Origin: a virus
DNA: 64,000 bases
IMG/VR virus record: IMGVR_UViG_3300042447_000151
Coordinates: 3,689-67,688 of that record
Direction: 5' to 3' (one strand)
Positions 52,201 through 62,700 of this stretch are shown in pieces (positions within the stretch are counted from its first letter, which is position 1; every line of letters begins with the position of its first letter). Under the pieces are notes generated by a model. That model did not search any database. It saw only the letters and a program-made list of their open reading frames with translations, and was not told the DNA's origin. A program made the translations under genes and the position numbers.

Positions 52201-53363
52201 GAGGCGTTGTTGCATCTATTCCTGAGGTATTGGGTACTCAAATTTCTTACGAAGGCGAGTATGGTATTAGTTTAAACCCGGAGAGTTTTACTAAGTGGGG
52301 TAATGATTTATTCTTCACTGATGCTAGACGTGGTGCTGTAATGGCATTGCAACCTAATGGGTTATTTGAGATATCATCTCAAGGTATGAAGAACTGGTTT
52401 AAAGCAAACCTAGATACCAACACGGTAAAACTAGGAATGTTTGATCCATATTTCGAGCATTATGTTTTATCGGTAGATAATGATAGAAAAGTTAAAACTT
52501 GTTCATTATCTGTTATCCCTACTAGTCTAACATTAACTGGTTCGGCTCAAACTAAAACATTCTACATCGAATCAAATTCAGATTGGGAGATAACTATCCC
52601 TACTAATACTTGGCTTACTTTGAGCGATAGATTTGGTTCAGGCAATCAATTAATCTACGTTACAGTAACTCAAAACGACGATACATTACGTGATTTAGAT
52701 TTGACAATTAGTAGCTGTGCGGATGATGTAATATTAAATGTAAGCCAAGAAGTATTGTATGATTGGTATGAGTTATTAGATTGTGATACATCTGATATAT
52801 CATACAGTATTCAATATCCTGCAGACACATTCGAATTAAATGATCGTGTTACTTTTGGAGACGCTACGTTTAATGTTGTAGATATATTAAATGAAGAGCC
52901 AGCAGGTGAACTAATTGATGTAGAATCAACAGGATTACAAGGATGTCCTACTCCTGCTGCTTTTTGGTATCAATTATTTAACTGCTTTGATAGTTCTACA
53001 GCTAATTCACAAAGTTATGCACCTGGAATATTTAATGTAGATGATAGAGTTACGTCAGGTGCTAATACATATGTTATTACAGGGGAGTTAGAATATAACC
53101 CAGGTGGTACTTTATTAGCTATTTCACCTACAGGAGAAACAGGATGTGAGACGTTAACTACTTATTATGAGTTGTCTGAGTGCTCACCTGGTGTTGGGAT
53201 TGCATATACTACAATTGTTCCTGGAGCAGTTGGTAGAAGATATGTATTACCTAGTATGACTCCTATATTCTATACGTACACAGGAGCCACACTTACACAG
53301 AGTATAGTTCCACCTGCGTACAATGGATCAATACAAATTACATCGTTCTATAGTTGTCCGTAA
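49242..53363 (+). CDS. Tail stabilization/muzzle protein (P22 gp10-like), N-terminal part, with C-terminal BACON and three Cys-bounded repeats
   Basis: MNKDLD...LP.G.YRDALNI, LFWTDDLNPPRRIN, FSYRYKYLDNEYS, GEYGISLNPESF..WG...FFTD..RGAV; BACON-like ESNSDW.I....WLTLS...GSGN. Confidence 0.78.
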   Translation: MVELQRNFLLGVMNKDLDPHFLPDGTYRDALNIIVGDSDGAFVEEDGSRNGVAQNYLGNILKGVDLELTNATCIGSLAFETNNCIYWLVASDTLDAVYEYNEINDTITPVLQATKSTPTTPSLLGFNKAFFVTGINYINGLLFWTDDLNPPRRINVDRCKNYTVNGFTDADINVILAPPLSAPTINLYTSGESNNLENKFLYFSYRYKYLDNEYSALAPFSSVAFLPEQYAYDYGVSENISMVNRYNTANITFNSGPKNVKEIQLIFRDTLSINTYVIDNLVKGVNNYADNTEYSYEFKNNKVYTVFPQEQINRLFDNVPIRAKSQELIGSRLVYGNYTQFFDLLKCNKEPINPAFTLSLTTSPVILENPKPTFKSNRDYEIGIEYLDDYGRATTVVVPTENTNTIFIPPANAIVANNIRVTIDGDYEPPCFATHYRFMLKQNKQEYYNLFPLTYFKDGQFVWFLINQADQNKISVGSYLYLKTATNNTAIQYKVLDILSQPENFLNTPQFNQPAGVYFRIKIEDEALPPTSYYSARGNGVNGVASVEVVFDRFSVAENPIFYGSGLNDMSTGASNVYSSANDARFYVEIDGVNTFKYYITYDANYKVLVSSGVSITAGADQVLTYASLSCSINFASSTGHTIGDYWVINCRSLDGLNIFGGTTAYDPDLFPAAFFQFVNWAPNLSYNSDRPIKAGAILTFRYKETNGSDQWITQTFVSSKNYVNIEEWYIEDSAYESWIQLNNVTNQSIGTTNICFRRGTPGTTSPQRLDQGSTISPASLLYPVYMYFYTFQREPGLLEFSYVDTEFTLQQSDSPSIFETVPTDTNQDIYYELTQTYPIIDGNHYGNVDNQNVALGAPAVIDLNTFDFNSDFNAFSFGNGVESFRIRDDFNSATMQFSPRANSTIEGYEEQTLVQALTYSGVYTENTAINRLNEFNLSLGNFKYLDRFFGSIQKLFSRDTDLVVLQENKVSKVLYGKNLLSDSTGGGVVASIPEVLGTQISYEGEYGISLNPESFTKWGNDLFFTDARRGAVMALQPNGLFEISSQGMKNWFKANLDTNTVKLGMFDPYFEHYVLSVDNDRKVKTCSLSVIPTSLTLTGSAQTKTFYIESNSDWEITIPTNTWLTLSDRFGSGNQLIYVTVTQNDDTLRDLDLTISSCADDVILNVSQEVLYDWYELLDCDTSDISYSIQYPADTFELNDRVTFGDATFNVVDILNEEPAGELIDVESTGLQGCPTPAAFWYQLFNCFDSSTANSQSYAPGIFNVDDRVTSGANTYVITGELEYNPGGTLLAISPTGETGCETLTTYYELSECSPGVGIAYTTIVPGAVGRRYVLPSMTPIFYTYTGATLTQSIVPPAYNGSIQITSFYSCP

Positions 53364-53390
53364 TATTAAAATAAGTAAATTTGCAAGCAC

Positions 53391-54116
53391 ATGGCTAACT
53401 ATACAATAACATATTCTCCGAGATTATCAGGATGGACATCATACCACTCATACTTACCTGAGTGGATGGTGTCTATGAATAATTATTTGTACACATTTAA
53501 GAACGGTAATTTATACAAGCATAATTCCAATATAACTAGAAATAGTTATTATGGTGTATTGTACCCATCTAAAATAACTACCATTTTTAATACAGAGCCT
53601 TATCAAACAAAGTCATTTAAAACTATAGCTACCAACTCAACAACTGCTTGGGATACTGATATTATATCAGACCAAGGGGTTGGATTCATTGATGCTGACT
53701 ATTATGCGATAAAAGAAGGGACATGGTACGGCTATATTAGAAGGCCGGCAAACGACAACGAGTTGTCATACACATCTGCTCAGGGTATCGGTAATGTTAC
53801 TACTTACGCAGCTGGGCTTCTAACATTCTCATTTAACATTGGGGATATTATAAGCACAGGAGATAAACTTTATTGGCTTGATGGGTCCACGTTGCGTGTT
53901 ATTGGAACAATCACCGCACACACTGCGACTACAGTAACCGTGAGTGTGACTGGCACCGCACCGACAAATGGTAGCTTTATTCTTTACGAAAAAAGTCCAA
54001 TTGCGGAATCAAGCCCAACAAGAGGAACTTACTTAAGCGTTGAGTTTACAAATAACGATACAGATTACACTGAAATGTATATGGTAACTTCTGACGTATT
54101 TAAGAGTTATCCTTGA
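53391..54116 (+). CDS. Tail stabilization protein C-terminal part (separate gene)
   Basis: TITYS....GWTSYHSYLPEWM..MNN.LYTFKNG.LYKHN, KSFKTI, KEG.WY.YI, TRGTYL; TAAATTTG promoter 53376-53383. Confidence 0.65.
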   Translation: MANYTITYSPRLSGWTSYHSYLPEWMVSMNNYLYTFKNGNLYKHNSNITRNSYYGVLYPSKITTIFNTEPYQTKSFKTIATNSTTAWDTDIISDQGVGFIDADYYAIKEGTWYGYIRRPANDNELSYTSAQGIGNVTTYAAGLLTFSFNIGDIISTGDKLYWLDGSTLRVIGTITAHTATTVTVSVTGTAPTNGSFILYEKSPIAESSPTRGTYLSVEFTNNDTDYTEMYMVTSDVFKSYP

Positions 54117-54137
54117 TAATTTAATTATATTTGTAGA

Positions 54138-54545
54138 ATGAAATTTAATATAAGGTTACTAAACGAAAGTGACTACGATAATACGTTGGTTAAATGGTGG
54201 AAAGACTGGAGATGGACAGCTCCTCCTAAAGACGCACTACCTAATAATGGTACAGGTGGCTTTATGGTTTCTAAAGATGGTGTAGATATATGTGCAGGTT
54301 TTGCATACTTCACTAACTCAACGATTGCGTATTGCGAGTTTATAGTATCTAACTTTGAATACAAGGATAAGGACAGAAAAGAAGCTATTGAGCTTCTTAT
54401 TGATTATATTTGTGGAGCATGCAAAGAAGCTGGGTATAAATCAGTTTGGACATGCTTAGTAAATAAGGGTTTAATTGATAAATACGAGAATTGCGGTTTT
54501 AACAAATTAACTAGCAATTGCACCGAAATGATAAAAATTTTATAA
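54138..54545 (+). CDS. GNAT-like acetyltransferase
   Basis: ICAGF.Y.TNS...CEFIVSN, R.EAIELLI......KEAGYK, LIDKYENCGF; TATATTTG promoter 54126-54133. Confidence 0.6.
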   Translation: MKFNIRLLNESDYDNTLVKWWKDWRWTAPPKDALPNNGTGGFMVSKDGVDICAGFAYFTNSTIAYCEFIVSNFEYKDKDRKEAIELLIDYICGACKEAGYKSVWTCLVNKGLIDKYENCGFNKLTSNCTEMIKIL

Positions 54546-54546
54546 C

Positions 54547-55170
54547 ATGCCAACTACAGCAGCATTAGCATTAGCAGGAGTCCAAGCACTTCAAGCATCG
54601 CAAGCAAAAGCAGAAGCTCTTGATGCGTCTGCAAAAGCAGCCAACGAATTTGCTTCACTAAAAGAGTTTAATAAATTAGCTGCATTAAAAGTGCCTACAT
54701 TAGGTACAGAATTAGCTAAACAAAATCTTCAACAAAGAACAGCAGGTCAATTGCAAGCATTCCAAGAAGCTGGGGCTAATGTTTTATTAGGTGGAGCTAC
54801 TGCACTCAATCAAGCAGCTATGGAAGAAAACTTAAATTTGGCTGCACAAGCTGATGAAAGACAATTTCAAAGAGATGCTATGGTTGCTCAACAAGAGCAG
54901 GCTATTGAAGCAGGTCGTGTAAATAGAGGTGCTGCGTTAGCTCAAAGTAGAATAGCTGGGGCAGGGCAAGCAAGAGCAGAGGCTCAACAAAATTTAAACT
55001 CAGCCTTAGGTGGTGCTGTTCAAACTTTAGGAGCTGAATCTATGCTTAATGCTTATCAACAAGCATACCAAGACCCCAATGCCCCCAAAGACCTTAATTC
55101 ATTTATGGGTGGAAAAACAAATGGATTCTTTGATATGATGTCTTCTTTAGGATTCGGTAGAAAAGTTTAA
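54547..55170 (+). CDS. Putative internal virion/ejection protein
   Basis: A/Q/G-rich helical protein in the podovirus ejectosome position. Confidence 0.6.
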   Translation: MPTTAALALAGVQALQASQAKAEALDASAKAANEFASLKEFNKLAALKVPTLGTELAKQNLQQRTAGQLQAFQEAGANVLLGGATALNQAAMEENLNLAAQADERQFQRDAMVAQQEQAIEAGRVNRGAALAQSRIAGAGQARAEAQQNLNSALGGAVQTLGAESMLNAYQQAYQDPNAPKDLNSFMGGKTNGFFDMMSSLGFGRKV

Positions 55171-55182
55171 TAATAAAAAGAA

Positions 55183-56754
55183 ATGGCAGAATACGCAGGA
55201 TATGTATCGGCACCTAACCAATTTGATTGGGGAAAATTTAGTTCAGAATTAGCTTCTAACAAAATAGCTATTGCTGAAAGCGTTCGTGCTGAAAGAGAAA
55301 AGAAAAGAGCTGCTTTCCAAAAATCAACAGCGGATATCTATGCAGATATCAAGGAGCCTGAAAAAGGGTACAATGAAACTGATAATGATTTTTTTACAAA
55401 ATCTACATTTGCGGCTAGAGATTTTGTTGTTGGTACTACAAAAGAAACAGATTACAATCTTACAAATACAGGTCCTTTAACTATGAAGCAAACCAATGCA
55501 AAAAATACTATTGCAAGTTTAGGCGAGACAGCAAAAGGAATTAAAGCTAATCAGGAAAAATTAATTGACCCAAAGTTTCAAGAAGGACAATCTGATATAG
55601 GCAGAAACTTTAGTAAACTTTTTATTACGACTAGTAACACAAGTAATAAAAGAATGTTTTTTGACAAAGATGGTAATGGTTATATACAAGAAGTAAATGC
55701 TGAGGGGGAACCTATTTCTAATGTGAAGATTAATCCTATTTCTTTGAAATCAACTCAAGGGTGGTCTGATAGTAAAATAGATTATGAAAAACAGTTAAAT
55801 GATTTTACTGCCAATCAAGTAGGTGAATTTCAAGAAGCAATTAGATTAAAAAGTGGAGCTATTGAAACTAATGAATCCGTTCTAAATAATCCTTTATTTT
55901 TAGATGCAAAAGCTAAATTAGTTACTTCAATAACAGCCAATGATGTTGAGTCGGCTAGATTTTTAACATCGTCAGCTGGGTATGCTTCGTACATTGAAAG
56001 TGATTCACAGCAAAAAGAAAAACTATTGAGCCAAGGTATTCCTGAAGAAAAGTTAATCCCTATTGGATTAGGCCCCGATGGTTTGCCAACCGCAAAACTT
56101 ACGCCTGCACAAAGAAAGGCAGCTGTTGATGAAGCTAATCTTAAGATTCAACAACGCGTAGAAGTAACTGAGACGTTAACTAAACCTACCACACCGCGTA
56201 GTAGTGGTGGAGGTGGCACTAAGCCTACAGAAGGGGCTAAGGGTAGAGAATCTGCTCTTAATACAGCCATATCTTACGCTGAAAAGTTACAAAAAAATCC
56301 TAAGGATGGATTTGTTATTGGAAAAATAAAAGACGCATACAGGGGATTAGGAACGGTTGAAGTTGTAACTCTTATAGACCCGCAAACAAACGAGATAAAT
56401 GGTTATGATATATTTAAAGTAGGCAAGGATGGCAAAAAAATAATACTAAAAGGATCAGAGGCTGCTGCACCATCAGGAGCTTTTATTAGAAAAGGGGGGG
56501 CTGTTCAAGGTATTTTTGAGGCATTAAATAAAGATCAGAAAAGAGGAGAAGAAGCTATTGATTGGGGTACTGCAGTAGGAGAATACACGGGAGATAAAAG
56601 CCGTTTATCTGAAAGATTGCCATTGGCACAAAAACAGCCATTGTATGTAGACATGAAGACATTAAGGACTAATAATCCGGGGAAAACAGATGCTCAAATT
56701 AAGGCGGCAGTAATGCAACAAAACAACGGTAAAAACAAAATAATATGGCAATAA
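55183..56754 (+). CDS. Putative internal virion/ejection protein
   Basis: 523 aa, MAEYAGYV...DWG N-terminus, second of three ORFs of increasing size. Confidence 0.6.
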   Translation: MAEYAGYVSAPNQFDWGKFSSELASNKIAIAESVRAEREKKRAAFQKSTADIYADIKEPEKGYNETDNDFFTKSTFAARDFVVGTTKETDYNLTNTGPLTMKQTNAKNTIASLGETAKGIKANQEKLIDPKFQEGQSDIGRNFSKLFITTSNTSNKRMFFDKDGNGYIQEVNAEGEPISNVKINPISLKSTQGWSDSKIDYEKQLNDFTANQVGEFQEAIRLKSGAIETNESVLNNPLFLDAKAKLVTSITANDVESARFLTSSAGYASYIESDSQQKEKLLSQGIPEEKLIPIGLGPDGLPTAKLTPAQRKAAVDEANLKIQQRVEVTETLTKPTTPRSSGGGGTKPTEGAKGRESALNTAISYAEKLQKNPKDGFVIGKIKDAYRGLGTVEVVTLIDPQTNEINGYDIFKVGKDGKKIILKGSEAAAPSGAFIRKGGAVQGIFEALNKDQKRGEEAIDWGTAVGEYTGDKSRLSERLPLAQKQPLYVDMKTLRTNNPGKTDAQIKAAVMQQNNGKNKIIWQ

Positions 56755-59700
56755 TGGAAGATAATACAGAGGACCAAGGAATAAATTTATCAGGTGCATT
56801 TAAAAATGCTAAGGGGGAAGAAGTGGATTTATCTGGTGCGTTTTCATCAAAGCCAAAGTCAACTAAAAAGACTGTGGCAACTGCTGTGCCTGTAAAAAAA
56901 AAAGACCAACCCAAGGTGGCCGCACCTACTACTTCGGTTTCAAAATCTGTATCGGCACCTACGAAACCTTCATCGGTTTTACCTTCAAAAGTTACTGAGA
57001 AACCTGAAGAGGTAGGGTATGTAGAAGACCTTTGGAATAGATTCAAAGGATCTGGCACTAAAGTATTAAGTGCATTTTTAAATGTACCGTCTGCGGCTCA
57101 GTCATATATCTATGATGTTGCTCTTGCTGCTACAGGTAAAGACGAGGAGTTTAATCGTCTTCCTGCTGCTGCTAAGAAAGAAGTTAAGAATGCAGTTCGT
57201 GCCGTAAACAAAGGTTTACCTAATGGGGAGTTTCAATATCAAACACAGGAGGCTGCTAATTACTTAAACAAAAAAGCAGAAAGGATTTTTGAAAGAACTA
57301 TCAAAGATGAAACATCTCTTACAGATGAGATAAGTAAATTAACTACTAATCCAACATCAGAAGGAGTTCTCAAAATAATCAACAAGTCTATTCGTTCTAC
57401 GGCAGAATCTTTGCCGTATATGGGCATATCTATGGTCCCTGGTGGTGCTGCTGCTATTGGAGTAGCTACTGCTGCAGAAAAAAGAGAGAAAGAGTTAGAA
57501 GAAACAGGTAATTATGGTATGGGGTTTTTAATAAACTCAGCTGTTACAGGTGGATCTAATTACTTAGGAGAGAAGTACACTGGACGTATTCTAAATAAGA
57601 TAGGTACTAAAGCATTAGGCAATCCTGAGCTAGTTAAGAAAGTAACACAAACTCCACTTGTAGAACTAGGTAAAGATTTAGGTGTTGAATTTAGTACAGG
57701 AGGTTTGCAATCTTTTACTCAAGAAGTTTCTGACAAATGGACTAAGGGTCAAGAAGTTCAATGGATACCTACGTTAAAGAAAGCCTTAGATGATGCTTTA
57801 TTAGAAGCCGCTTCAGTTGGTACATTTGCTGCGGCTGGACAAGGTGTTTCAGGAACTCGTAAATTGACTGCTCCGCTCAGAACATACTTAGCTACTAAAA
57901 TCATAGCCAAAGAAGATGCTTCTTATATTAAGAAAGGCGTAGACGCTATTCAAGATTTGAATACTCAAAAGGCAGATGACCAAGACCCATTAGTTAATGA
58001 AGCAATTGATAATAAAATCAATGAGATAAATACTAATATTACAAGTAAACTTCAGACTGCTGAGAATATAATTGATAATATGTCTGATGAGGACATTAAG
58101 AAGGTTGTTCAAATTGACCGAGATGTTGTAGATATAAATCTTAAAGCACAAGCAATTAAAGACAATGCTAATTTAGATGATCCTGCTAAAGAGTTATTAC
58201 TTGATGACCTAAAGAAACAATACATAAACCTTAAAGAACAAAAAGATGCCATTCAAAAGCAAGCAACAAGTGAAGTACCTGTACAGCCAGAAACCGGAGT
58301 TAGCGGAGAGATGGCGCAAGGAGAACCCAAAGCAGAACCTCAAGTCCCTACCGAAGAAGGTCAAAGGGAAGAAGTAGATTTACCTACAGCATTTACTGAA
58401 GCTGGCGAAAAAGCAAAGTCTGAACAAAAAGATGATGCAATAAGAGATTTTCTTTTATCAAATGGTAAATTAGGCGATACTATTAATTTGTCTGATGGCA
58501 CAGGATATTCCATTACAGAAGTAAAGGATGGTAAAAATGGTAAAGAAATTACTCTAGTTCCATTTGAAATGGTGGATGGTAAGATGGATCTTAATTATAG
58601 TGGATTAAGAATAATTTCTTCTAATAAAATAGATAAGGTTGGTGATTTATATGAAACATCTTATACCAATTCTAATGGGGAACGTGTTACTGAACAATAT
58701 ACATATAATCCAGCTAAAGCAGAAGAAGTAACTCCAACAGGTGGAGGTATGATTCAGATGGCTGAAACTCAGCCTACCACCGAAGAAGTTAAAGTCGAAG
58801 AAGTAAAACCTGAAGCACCTAAGAAAGAATCTGTAGAAACGCAGATGCAATCTGTATTTGGTCTTGATAAGACTAAAGCTAAGGCGGCATCTGTTGTAAT
58901 TGATAAGATTGTCGGCACTATGGCTGGCCGTGCGGGCACAACTAAGGAAGAGATATACAATACTATATCTTTTGAAAAAGGAGAGCCTACAGAGCAAGTA
59001 ACAGTAGAGAGACCTGTAGAGAAAGTTAAGCCAACAAAAGCTACTCCAAAAGTAGAGGGCCCAATTGATACTGAGGTGAAGTTTGATGATGCTATTGCTA
59101 ATCAAGTTGTCTCTTGGAATAAATTCCCTGAGCAAAAGAAAGGTAAGGGAATTGCTAGTCGTAACCAGGTTTTAACTAAGGCAGCTAACGATTTATTAAA
59201 TGGACAGATAACTAATGAAGAGTATCGTGCTATTGTGGAAAAAGAAAGTCCAATTAAACCAATTGAGACGTTCTTTGATCCATCTACTGGTGAAGATATT
59301 CAAGGTGCATTAGAAGCATCTAAAGTTCCATTAGTTAATTCTGTTACAGCTAAAGGGGAGAAGTTTATTGACCCTAAGACTAACCAAGAATTTGAGATTG
59401 TATCTGATAAAGTTGGTTTGCGTTTAGATATACCTGCTTACTTAAATAATAATAAGTGGGTTGTAACTATTCACGCTGATGCAAAAGATACAAGCACAGG
59501 TAAAACAACTAAGGACAAGCCTGTGTCTTATACTGGCGTAGCCAAAATCAAGAATGTTACTTTTGATTACAATCCTAACTTGGCATCGAAGATTGCAAAA
59601 GGAGAGTCGGCAAGAGAGACTAGATTTAAGATGCGTGGTGAATTGGTTCCTGTTGAAGGAGCTAATGTAGACCAACAAAATGAGAACGCAAAGAAAGAGG

Positions 59701-62700
59701 TGCAGTCAATCCAAAACGACCCATCATGGGTTCAAATTGGAACTAACCCTTTCCGTCACTCATACTTCTATAGCCGTTCTACTGGCAAGCCTGTTTTATC
59801 AGCCGATGAGGTTATTCAAATTGGTGGATTGGTATATGCTAAGAATGCTGTTGAAGCAAACTGGAATGATGAGAAGTTTGCAGTTACAGAAAAAGGCAAA
59901 CCTGTTTTAGGAAAAGGTGGAAGACAGGTTTATTTCCAAGACAAGAAAGCTACAGTTAGTTTGGCTAATGATGGTAGATTTATTGTAACAGCTTTAACCG
60001 ACCCTAATGTATCTACTCCTTTGCACGAGATGGCTCATATTTATGAGCACTATCTTGAGAACAAAGAGAGACAAAAGATATTAAAATGGGCAGGTAAGAA
60101 AGACTGGGATATGTCTGTCAGTGAGAAATTTTCTCGTGGCTTTGAAAAGTATTTATCTGAAGGTAAAAGCCCAAGTGCTGAATTAACTAAGATATTTGAG
60201 AACTTTAAAAAATGGTTATTAGATATCTACAAAGGTATCACCGGTTCTGATATCGATATCGAACTTAACAAAGAGATGCGTAAGATTTACGATACGATGT
60301 TGAGTGGAGAAGGGAAACAAGCAAAAGCACCTACGGTAACTAAGGTGCTTGGTAAACCAGCCCCAACTAAAGTAACCGTAAACGAAGCCACAGCACTTAA
60401 AGACCAAATTAAACTAGAAGCTAAGGCTGCAAAAGGTGGTGCTGATTTTGTAAAGAAAATTACAAAGAGTGTAGGTGAAACATTGAAGTCAATGGTTAAG
60501 AGTGGTTCTATTACACCTGCTCAACAAAAGACTATTGCCAATGGATTAAGATCAAATCTTACTAACCCAACTATTCTTGATAGATTCCTTAAGAGAATAG
60601 ATCGCATTATGCGTATTGCTGATTACAAGGAGAAGGTTAGACAAGCCAATGTACTTAAGACTAGATTGGCGAAAGTTTCAAAAAGAGAAAAACTTAAGAC
60701 TGAATTAAAAGACATTGCGGAAGGACTATCCAAAGTTCAACCTAATATGTTAAACAATCTACAAGATTACATTGACAGAGCAAAAGAGGCTTTAGCTGCT
60801 ATGTCTCCTAGTAGAATTGTTGGTGATGAGGTACAAGAATCAACTCTTATTGATTTTAAAGACTTCACTGATTACACAAAAAAGATACTAAAGGAGCAAC
60901 AAGATGCTTTAGAGGAATCTAAGAAGCAGGAGTATGAAAACTTAAAAGAAGCTGGAGTAATTAGTGGGGATATGTCTTTGAAAGAAATTGAAGATTATCT
61001 TAAGAAGGCTGAAGAAGATGCAAAATTTGAAGAAAACGCCAAAAAAGAAAAGGCTTTAGCTGAGTATGCTAAGGAGTCATTTGCTAATAGCAAACAGATT
61101 GTAGAGGACATGATTGAGGATGGTGAGGTTAACGAAGAAGACTTGCCTTTAATCAAAGGATTTATCAACATCAACACAGATGATATGAATCCAAAGATGG
61201 CTGTTAAAGCTGCCGATGAGTTAAGAAACTATATTCATAATGGTTCTAAAACTGGAATGGGTAAGATTCTTAGTGAATACTTAGGTGCGGTAGGCTCTAA
61301 AGCCATGGCACAAAAGACCACTGTCAACAAGATACTAAGTGTAGGTGGGGTTAAGAATCTAGTATTGAAAGGCATTGATGCTGCAACTGGTGCGGCTATG
61401 GGGCTAGTTAAGTTACCTGGGACAAACCTTTCGGGTTGGTATTCTGACTCTTGGCTTGAATATGTGTCACAGATTGACAATGTTGGGGTCACTGCTATGG
61501 GTGAAAAGAATTGGTTGCAATTTAAAAAGCTATCAGGATTCGATGAAATTGTAAGCGGATTTGTTAGAAACAAAAAGCAAATAGATGCCTTTACAAAACA
61601 GTTTGTTGATAAGTATAAGAAGAAAAAGGTAGATGGATATAATATATTTACTACTTACAATGCAAACCAAGCTGGTATTATAGCTGATCTTTATAGAGAA
61701 GTTGGTAATACACCTGAAGAAGTGGCTGAAAACTTTGAAGACAGAAAAGAGTTGCTTCGCCAAACATTAGAGTACATGAAAGGCAAAGTTCGTTATAAGT
61801 TTGATTACGATATGATGAAAGAGCTTTACGATAAGTTAGGTGTAGAAAAAGCTAACAGTGGGCAAGAAGTATTTAATAACGCTCCTAAGTTGATTCAAGA
61901 TGTTGTCAATGATATGGTGAATGAGTGGAATAGTTATTACCCTAATGCCAAGCGTGTTGCTGAAGAGCAATATGGCATCTTGTTGGGTCAGAACAAAAAC
62001 TATACTCCATATAGATATAAAGTCGTATCAAATAAAATATCTGATAGCGATCCATTATATGATAAGGGAGGTTACGTTAGTAACTTTGATATATTGGATA
62101 CAGAGGAGGCAGGCACTTTCAAAAAAGTAAGCAAAGTAAAAAACTTGCCTACTATGAATGGGGAAGTTGTTAGAATTCCTAGTTATAATTTCTTCCAAAA
62201 TAATATTGATGCATTAACTCAAACTGGAAATAATATTAATACCATTGCAGGAGTTAATCAATTCTCAGGCTTTACTAAAAGTCCATATTATAAAGATATT
62301 ATTAAAGATGATGATTCTAGAAATCTATTAACAGGTAGAATGACTTACAATATCAGCAAACTAACTGATAGAGAAAGGATAAGTACTGATAAATTTACGA
62401 GAGGTATACTTAAACTTTTGAATTCGGTATCTGGAATTGGTACTCGTTTAGGATTAGGTGCAATTACTGCTGCAGGTACTCAAGCCGCACCAGCACTAAC
62501 GAATACATTGGTGAACTTGCAAATGAATCCAATACAAATGCTTAGGGCTACTAGAATGATGTTGACTCCAAGCGATAGAGCATGGTTGGATAATTTAGAT
62601 GAAACCATTATGGCTCGTGGTACAGAATCAACTACCTCTTTAGACTATGCTGAAAAGATGTTTGCTAATAAGGATTTTGGTGTTGCTGGAGATGTAGTTA

